DNA of 63,652 nt, the filler included. It is 9 parts of 9 records of this genome, joined end to end, with 100 filler letters (N's around TTAATTAATTAA, not from the genome) between each part and the next. Parts side by side here need not be neighbours in the genome. Positions count along the whole stretch, not along the records: positions 57,989 to 63,652 come from SRR31156797_81695; 8 more parts are not named here. One strand, written 5' to 3'. The position numbers and the translations under genes are program-made. Below are positions 57,989-63,652 of this stretch, piece after piece; positions within the stretch are counted from its first letter, which is position 1; every line of letters begins with the position of its first letter. Below the pieces are notes generated by a model. The model was not told the origin of the DNA. It ran no database searches and saw only the letters and a list, made by a program, of their open reading frames with translations.

Positions 57989-58872
57989 CCGATATGGCGG
58001 CCCAGTTCGCGGGCGTCGTCGCAGGCTTCCCAGCGCACGTCGTCACGGGTGCGGGCGACGATGGCGGCACCAATGGGAACGCCGACGACGAGGCCGATGC
58101 CATAGTCGGGAATAGTTCCCGTAAAGGTGGCAATCTGGAAAAGCGCATCGCCGACCGGCACCACGAAGGAACCGGCTTCCAGCTGGATGGGATACATGGA
58201 CTGATTGGCCACCCAGGACGTCGCCAGCCATCCGAATGAAATCACGGCGCCGATGGCGACGCCCGCGAATATGCCGCTGCGATTCCTGCGATAGGCGGGG
58301 TCGGCGAAAACCCACGCCAACAGGACGATGACGACCGCCAGTGCGGTCATTGCATGGGCATCGATGCCGGTCATCATCGAAACCAGACTGCCGAGCGATT
58401 GATCGCCGGCATAGGATAGGTCGAGGGCCCAATTGTCGACGATCCGCATGCGGGCGATGGCCAACAGGCCGCGTTGCGCGGCCAATGCAGCCAGTCCGAG
58501 TATGATCAGCGCGACAAGGGAGCGTAAGCTGCCGCCGCCGAGGCGAACCAACGCGCCGAATCCGCATGTGCCGACCAGGGCCATGCCGAAGCCGAACAGC
58601 AGGCCGCCGAGGATGGCGCCGGTCCAGCCGAAAGCGGGTGCCAGATAGAACGAGGAACTGAGATCGATCAGCCCGGACAGACTCATCGCCTGGGTGGCGG
58701 CGATGGCGACGGCGGCCATCAGAACCCAGGTCCTGATCCCGCTGTTGTCGTTGGCGTACCAGTGTCGTTCGAGCGCCGACAGGGTGCAGAAATGAATGCC
58801 CCGGGCGACGGCGCCGATAGCGACACCGGCAACGATTCCGGTGACGGGCAATAACCAGGCCGCGTCCGTCAT
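57989..58872 (-). CDS. soxT: YeeE/YedE sulfur transporter (SoxT), 3'-truncated
   Basis: HFCTLSA, FGFGMALVGTCGFG; adjacent to soxR. Confidence 0.82.
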
Positions 58873-58950
58873 GGGCTACCTTCCTTTTCGCTGCTTTTTG
58901 TCGACACCGAATAACACGCCCAGATGAGGGGGCGTGCCGTGAACTTCAAG

Positions 58951-59298
58951 TCACCCTTCGCCGTCTTCCTGCATCGGCTTGCAGAAAAACTCGTGCAGCA
59001 CGCCGATCAGCGAGGTGACTTCTTCGCTGGCGATCGAATAGAAGATCGTGCGGCCGTCGCGCCGGGGATGGACCAGCCGGTCGAACCGTAAACGGGCCAG
59101 TTGCTGGGACACCGCGGCCTGCGGCATTGACATGATTTCTTCCAGTTCCGAGACCGATTTTTCGCCGTCTTTCAGCAGGCACAGGATCATCAGACGGCTC
59201 TCGTGCGAAAGCGCCTTCATCAGTTCGCTGGTCTTGCGCGCCTGCTCGAAAAGCTCGTCGAAATTGGCCGGCTTTTCGTCTTCGTCGACCTTGCACAT
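58951..59298 (-). CDS. soxR: ArsR/BigR-type sox repressor
   Basis: MKALSHESRLMILCLL, VSQQLARLR, C-terminal FC (two sensing Cys); sox context. Confidence 0.88.
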   Translation of the reverse strand: MCKVDEDEKPANFDELFEQARKTSELMKALSHESRLMILCLLKDGEKSVSELEEIMSMPQAAVSQQLARLRFDRLVHPRRDGRTIFYSIASEEVTSLIGVLHEFFCKPMQEDGEG

Positions 59299-59373
59299 GA
59301 TTAGAACCGCATCCTCATGGTGTCCCGTTTGTATCGGGCCTCCGGCCAAAGCTGGTTCGTGCAGCCGCGGCCA

Positions 59374-59763
59374 TCAAGGCAGTTTCTTCAACATGGCGGC
59401 CAGTTCCGGCCAGAAATACATGTCGCCGGGATAGCCGCGAAGGCGGTCGATCTCGACGCCGTCGTCGAGCAGCACGAAGGTCGGTGTGAAGCGTTCGATG
59501 CGGATATGCTTGAGATCCTCCGGCCACGGCTCGGTGATGTCGACGCGGCGCAGCGGCGCCTGCTTTCCCTCGTCGGTTTTCGCATAGATCGGGGCGATCT
59601 CCCGGTCCCAGCGCGCGCACCAGGAACAGCCCGGCTGTTCCAGCATCAACAGCTCGGTCTTTGCCGCGGCGTTTGCCGCCGTCAGCCAGAGCACCGCCAG
59701 GACCGCGATAAGACGGAACATCATCGTCACGCTTGCAACCGGTCGATCAATAACCATGTTCAA
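59374..59763 (-). CDS. soxS: Periplasmic thioredoxin SoxS
   Basis: Signal peptide, CSWC, TPTFVL, GYPG..FW; start may be later. Confidence 0.85.
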   Translation of the reverse strand: MNMVIDRPVASVTMMFRLIAVLAVLWLTAANAAAKTELLMLEQPGCSWCARWDREIAPIYAKTDEGKQAPLRRVDITEPWPEDLKHIRIERFTPTFVLLDDGVEIDRLRGYPGDMYFWPELAAMLKKLP

Positions 59764-59768
59764 GGCAA

Positions 59769-59792
59769 CATATATGAATTATCGCATATATG
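59769..59792. promoter_or_regulatory. Putative SoxR operator (soxS-soxV intergenic)
   Basis: CATATATG-N8-CATATATG palindrome in an AT-rich island between divergent genes. Confidence 0.65.
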
Positions 59793-59865
59793 CCAATGAT
59801 TGCGTTCCGAATACGGCATTTCCGAAAGAAGGAAAACGCCTTTCGGTTGAGGGGGACGGGAAGGG

Positions 59866-60600
59866 GTGTTGGATCCAACCTATGGCGGGGCGTTGCTGGC
59901 GGGGCTTCTATCCTTCGTGTCGCCTTGCGTGCTGCCCATCGTGCCGCCCTATCTGGCCTATCTGGCCGGCGTAAGCTTCGACGAGGTGCAGGCCCAGGAA
60001 CGCGGCGCCGCGGCGTCGCGCCGCATCCTGTTGACCGCCTTCATGTTCGTCGCCGGATTCACCACCGTCTTTGTCGGGCTGGGCGCCACGGCCAGCGTCA
60101 TCGGCCAGTCCATCGCCCGCTACTTCGACGTTCTGGCAATCGTCGCCGGCGTTCTCATCCTGGTCATGGGGCTGCATTTCCTCGGCCTGTTCCGCATCGG
60201 ATTGTTGTACCGCGAAGCGCGTTTCCAGGTAGCCGGCAAACCGGCCGGTATGGTCGGCGCCTATGTCATGGGCCTGGCCTTCGCCTTCGGATGGACGCCC
60301 TGCGTCGGGCCGGTGCTGGCCGCCATCCTGTTTGTCGCCGGCGCCCAGGGCACGGCCGGGAGGGGGGCGCTGCTGTTGGCCACCTACGCGATCGGCATCG
60401 GCATTCCGTTCCTGATCGCCGCCGCCTTCGCCGGCCGTTTCATCGCCTTCTCGGCGCGCTTTCGCCAGCATCTGCGCAAGGTCGAGATCGCCATGGGCGG
60501 CGTCCTGGTGATTACCGGCCTACTGTTCATGACCGGGCAGATGACGACCATCGCCTTTTGGCTGCTGGAGACCTTTCCGGCCTTTTCGGAAATCGGATGA
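59866..60600 (+). CDS. soxV: CcdA-type disulfide transporter SoxV
   Basis: SFVSPCVLP and FGWTPCVGP. Confidence 0.9.
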   Translation: MLDPTYGGALLAGLLSFVSPCVLPIVPPYLAYLAGVSFDEVQAQERGAAASRRILLTAFMFVAGFTTVFVGLGATASVIGQSIARYFDVLAIVAGVLILVMGLHFLGLFRIGLLYREARFQVAGKPAGMVGAYVMGLAFAFGWTPCVGPVLAAILFVAGAQGTAGRGALLLATYAIGIGIPFLIAAAFAGRFIAFSARFRQHLRKVEIAMGGVLVITGLLFMTGQMTTIAFWLLETFPAFSEIG

Positions 60601-60619
60601 CTGTTTGAAGGAGACTGCC

Positions 60620-61204
60620 ATGATCAAGCGCCTGCTATCGGTAATCGCGTTCTGTTTCGCCGTTTCGGCTGCCAACGCCGCCACTCTTGGCGAGGACGGC
60701 CTGCACAAGCAGGACTGGTTCACCATCACCTTCCGGGACATCGGCGAAGACATCGCCGCCGCCACCGACGAGGGAAAGCGTCTGGTCCTGATCTTCGAAC
60801 AGCGCGGTTGCATCTACTGCAAGAAGGTGCACGAGGAGGTGCTCAGCGATCCCGATGTCCGCGACTACATCTCTGCCAACTTCAACGTCGTGCAATATAA
60901 CCTTTATGGCGACGAGGAGGTCATCGACCTCGACGGAAAGGAACTGACCGAAAAGACGGCGGCCCGCAAATGGGGCATCGTCTTCACGCCGACCATCCTG
61001 TTCATGCCGGAAACCGCGCCCGACGGCTTGACCGCCGGCCAGGCCGCCGTCGCCGCCATGCCGGGAGCCTTCAGGAAGGGCACGTTCCTCGACCTATTCA
61101 CCTGGGTGAACGAAAAGCGGTACGAGGGCGAAGAGGACTTCCAGCGCTACCACGCTCGACGCATCCGCGAACGTCAGGCCGCCGGCGTCCCCAATACGGA
61201 TTGA
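60620..61204 (+). CDS. soxW: Periplasmic thioredoxin SoxW
   Basis: GEDGLHKQDW, FEQRGCIYC, FTPT; RBS AAGGAG. Confidence 0.9.
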   Translation: MIKRLLSVIAFCFAVSAANAATLGEDGLHKQDWFTITFRDIGEDIAAATDEGKRLVLIFEQRGCIYCKKVHEEVLSDPDVRDYISANFNVVQYNLYGDEEVIDLDGKELTEKTAARKWGIVFTPTILFMPETAPDGLTAGQAAVAAMPGAFRKGTFLDLFTWVNEKRYEGEEDFQRYHARRIRERQAAGVPNTD

Positions 61205-61224
61205 TTTTCAATGTCTTGGCAAAA

Positions 61225-61248
61225 ACATATTCAAATAATGCAATAAAT
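61225..61248. promoter_or_regulatory. Putative second SoxR operator (soxW-soxX intergenic)
   Basis: CATATTCA-N8-AATAAATG, same length and termini as the soxS-V site. Confidence 0.5.
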
Positions 61249-61342
61249 GCATTGAAGGTCCGCCGCAGGCCCCCTACCTATCCGGAAAATCGACGGGCAG
61301 CTATGCCCGCAGGAGGGGACGCGTGTGGAAACAGGGGGACGA

Positions 61343-61804
61343 ATGTTTGCACTGACACGATCCTTTTTCGCGGTAATGGCGACCGTATTGACCATCGGGA
61401 CGGCGGCGGCCGGCGAAACGGCGCCCGATGACGTCAAGTTCAACGACGGTGCGGTGGCGACGTCGCTGACCGGCGCTGCCGGTGATCCGGCCGAAGGGCG
61501 CAAGGCCTTCGCCAACCGCAAGCAGGGCAACTGCCTGGCTTGCCATGCCAACCCGGATATGAGTGACCAACTGTTTCACGGCGAAGTCGGGCCAACGCTG
61601 GAAGGCGTCGGATCACGCTACGAACCGGCGGAACTGCGGGCCATCCTCGTCGATTCGAAGCAGGTTTTCGGATCCGAAACGGTCATGCCGGGATTCTATT
61701 CGCTCAAGGTCGGCAAGAACGTCGCCAAGAAATTCGTCGGAAAGACAATTCTGACGGCCGAGCAGGTCGAAAGCATCGTCGCTTACCTGTCGACCCTCAA
61801 ATAG
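61343..61804 (+). CDS. soxX: Sulfur oxidation cytochrome c SoxX
   Basis: GNCLACH, GEVGP.L, TVMPGFY. Confidence 0.95.
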   Translation: MFALTRSFFAVMATVLTIGTAAAGETAPDDVKFNDGAVATSLTGAAGDPAEGRKAFANRKQGNCLACHANPDMSDQLFHGEVGPTLEGVGSRYEPAELRAILVDSKQVFGSETVMPGFYSLKVGKNVAKKFVGKTILTAEQVESIVAYLSTLK

Positions 61805-61830
61805 CCGTCATTCCCAAAGGAGAGAAAATC

Positions 61831-62286
61831 ATGATGCTGACACGACGTCAGGCCATCGCCCTTACGGCAGGGGCTGCGGCGTTCGCGGCCACCGGGCTGC
61901 GCTGGGATGCCGCCAGTGCCAATGCCGAAAAGACACAGAAGGCGGTGATGGCTTTCACTGGCGGCAAGAACCCGCAAACCGGCAAGGTTTCGTTGACCGC
62001 GCCGGAAATAGCCGAGAACGGCAATACCGTGCCGATTTCGGTGTCGGTCGACAGCGAGATGACGGAAAGCAACTACGTCCAGTCGGTGATCCTGCTGGCC
62101 GAGGGCAACCCCAATCCCGGCGTCGCGACTTTCAATTTCACGGCCATGAGCGGCGAAGCGGCGGCGACCACCCGCATGCGGCTTGCAAAGACGCAGAACG
62201 TCCTTGCCATCGCCAAGATGAGCGACGGTTCCGTTTACATGGATAAGAAAGAAGTAAAGGTCACCATCGGCGGCTGCGGCGGCTGA
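61831..62286 (+). CDS. soxY: Sulfur carrier SoxY
   Basis: Tat leader, PEIAENG, C-terminal VTIGGCGG. Confidence 0.97.
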   Translation: MMLTRRQAIALTAGAAAFAATGLRWDAASANAEKTQKAVMAFTGGKNPQTGKVSLTAPEIAENGNTVPISVSVDSEMTESNYVQSVILLAEGNPNPGVATFNFTAMSGEAAATTRMRLAKTQNVLAIAKMSDGSVYMDKKEVKVTIGGCGG

Positions 62287-62308
62287 TCGGCAGATAGGAA
62301 TATCGACA

Positions 62309-62635
62309 ATGGCAAAATCGAAACCCCGCGTGAAGGTACCGAAGACGGCGTCGGCCGGCGAGGTCATCACCATCAAGACCCTGATCAGCCATAAGATGGA
62401 ATCGGGTCAGCGCAAGGATAAAAAGGGTAATCCCATCCCGCGCAAGATCATCAACAAATTCACCTGCGAATTCAACGGCAAGCCCGTGTTCGGTTGCGAC
62501 ATCGAGCCGGCGATCTCGGCCAATCCGTACTTCGAGTTCAACGCCAGGGTGCCGGAAAGCGGGACCTTCAAGTTCACCTGGGTGGACGACGACGGATCCG
62601 TCTACTCCCACGAAAAGGCCATCGAGGTCAAATAG
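62309..62635 (+). CDS. soxZ: Sulfur carrier complex subunit SoxZ
   Basis: LISHKMESGQRKD, ISANPY. Confidence 0.97.
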   Translation: MAKSKPRVKVPKTASAGEVITIKTLISHKMESGQRKDKKGNPIPRKIINKFTCEFNGKPVFGCDIEPAISANPYFEFNARVPESGTFKFTWVDDDGSVYSHEKAIEVK

Positions 62636-62689
62636 GCCCGGCCGTCCGCCCGCCACAAAGGGCGGGCGGGCCATCAACAGGAGGTGTGT

Positions 62690-63550
62690 ATGTTGAGGAC
62701 CAATCTGACCAGGGCGATGGCGTTCGCGGCCGCGGCCTGCGCGGTGGCTTCGGCGCCGGCCCTTGCCGAGCCGGTCGACGATACGCTGATGATCGACGGC
62801 GTCGAAATGATGACGCGGGTGGCGGCACCGGACGACCATCCGCTCGACGAAATCCTGTCGGGCTGGCATTTCCGAACCGACGAAACGCGGGAGCTGGAGG
62901 CCGATTCCTTCCAGAACCCGGGCATGCTGTATGTCGAGCGCGGCGAGGAGATCTGGGACACGGTCGAGGGCACGGCGGGCAAGTCCTGTGCGTCCTGCCA
63001 CGAGGAAGCCTCGGTAACCATGAAGGGGGTTGCCGCTAACTATCCGAAATGGGACGCCGATGCCGGACGCCCGATCAATATCGAGCTGCGCATCGACAAG
63101 TGCCGGGTCGAGAACATGGGGGCCGAGGCCTACAAGTTCGACGCCGCCGACCAGAAGGCGCTGGTCACCTACGTCAAGCATCAGTCGCTGGGTACGCCGG
63201 TTGCGCTCGATCTGGCTCAAGGCGACCTGCAGGGTTGGTGGGAAAAAGGCAAGGAAACCTACTACCTGCGGACCGGTCAATTGAACCTGTCCTGTGCTTC
63301 CTGTCACGAGGTCAACGCCGGCAACTACATCCGCGCCGACCATCTGAGCCAGGGCAACGTCAACGGTTTCCCGACCTACCGGCTCAAGCAATCGAACATG
63401 GTGTCGCTTCACAACCGTTTCCGCGGCTGTATCCGCGATACCCGCGCCGAATATCCGAAAGCTTTTTCGGATGAGCTGATGGCGCTTGAGGTCTACGTAA
63501 CCTGGCGTGGGACCGGGCTGTCGGTTGAAACGCCGGCCGTCCGACAATAG
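62690..63550 (+). CDS. soxA: Diheme cytochrome SoxA
   Basis: Two CASCH motifs, FPTYRLK, active-site RFRGC; RBS AGGAGG. Confidence 0.96.
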   Translation: MLRTNLTRAMAFAAAACAVASAPALAEPVDDTLMIDGVEMMTRVAAPDDHPLDEILSGWHFRTDETRELEADSFQNPGMLYVERGEEIWDTVEGTAGKSCASCHEEASVTMKGVAANYPKWDADAGRPINIELRIDKCRVENMGAEAYKFDAADQKALVTYVKHQSLGTPVALDLAQGDLQGWWEKGKETYYLRTGQLNLSCASCHEVNAGNYIRADHLSQGNVNGFPTYRLKQSNMVSLHNRFRGCIRDTRAEYPKAFSDELMALEVYVTWRGTGLSVETPAVRQ

Positions 63551-63652
63551 GGGAGTCCCGATCGGCGGTGGCCCGAAGCCACCGCCGGTTGTCGTTTGAA
63601 GCCATGATTTGCCGTTTGCCTGCGTCTGGTTGGTGGGCGAACGACCGTACAA

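Noticed and set aside
30320-63550. One organism combining Dsr sulfite reduction with Sox oxidation
   Set aside because: Different contigs with different composition, separated by several artificial spacers
62261-63652. 463-aa minus-strand ORF
   Set aside because: Antisense to well-supported soxZ and soxA

Overview
The window is not one locus. It holds nine contig fragments joined by eight identical 100-nt artificial spacers (N-run + TTAATTAATTAA + N-run), as in a concatenated, probably marine or sediment, metagenome; taxonomic labels below are inferred from composition and protein resemblance. (1) 1-5472, AT-rich anaerobe (Fusobacteriota/Bacillota-like): FHA membrane protein, small Cys-rich protein, Cache-GGDEF, LDH/MDH-family enzyme. 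(2) 5573-11966, Planctomycetota-like: FMN-binding/4Fe-4S membrane protein, nitroreductase fusion, permease-SPFH fusion, BtpA/SgcQ, S66 peptidase. (3) 12067-20267, alphaproteobacterial: cobalamin riboswitch with btuBFCD-tonB, GDPD, ugpC. (4) 20368-33278, Desulfovibrionaceae: ffh-rpsP-khpA-rimM-trmD-rplS, accessory genes, sfsA, dsrT-dsrM-dsrK. (5) 33379-39653, Desulfovibrionaceae: aspA, GGDEF, rarD, EAL, P-II, amt. (6) 39754-46411, Bacteroidota sugar locus with a UroD-family enzyme, AraC and a hybrid two-component sensor. (7) 46512-52356, alphaproteobacterial: CoA-acylating ALDH and an imelysin/di-heme/DUF1513 cluster. (8) 52457-57888, Desulfobacterota: GNAT, decayed bzdN-like remnant, VPLPA-CTERM protein, TM2, PAS. 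(9) 57989-63652, alphaproteobacterial soxTRS-VWXYZA. No CRISPR array, rRNA, tRNA or intact transposase was seen. The best candidates for novelty are two unusual gene fusions in contig 2, multi-hairpin 3'-UTR elements with anti-Shine-Dalgarno-like loops in both Desulfovibrionaceae contigs, a small RHH-like gene flanked by repeated operator-like palindromes, and a UroD/methyltransferase-fold enzyme inside a Bacteroidota sugar locus.
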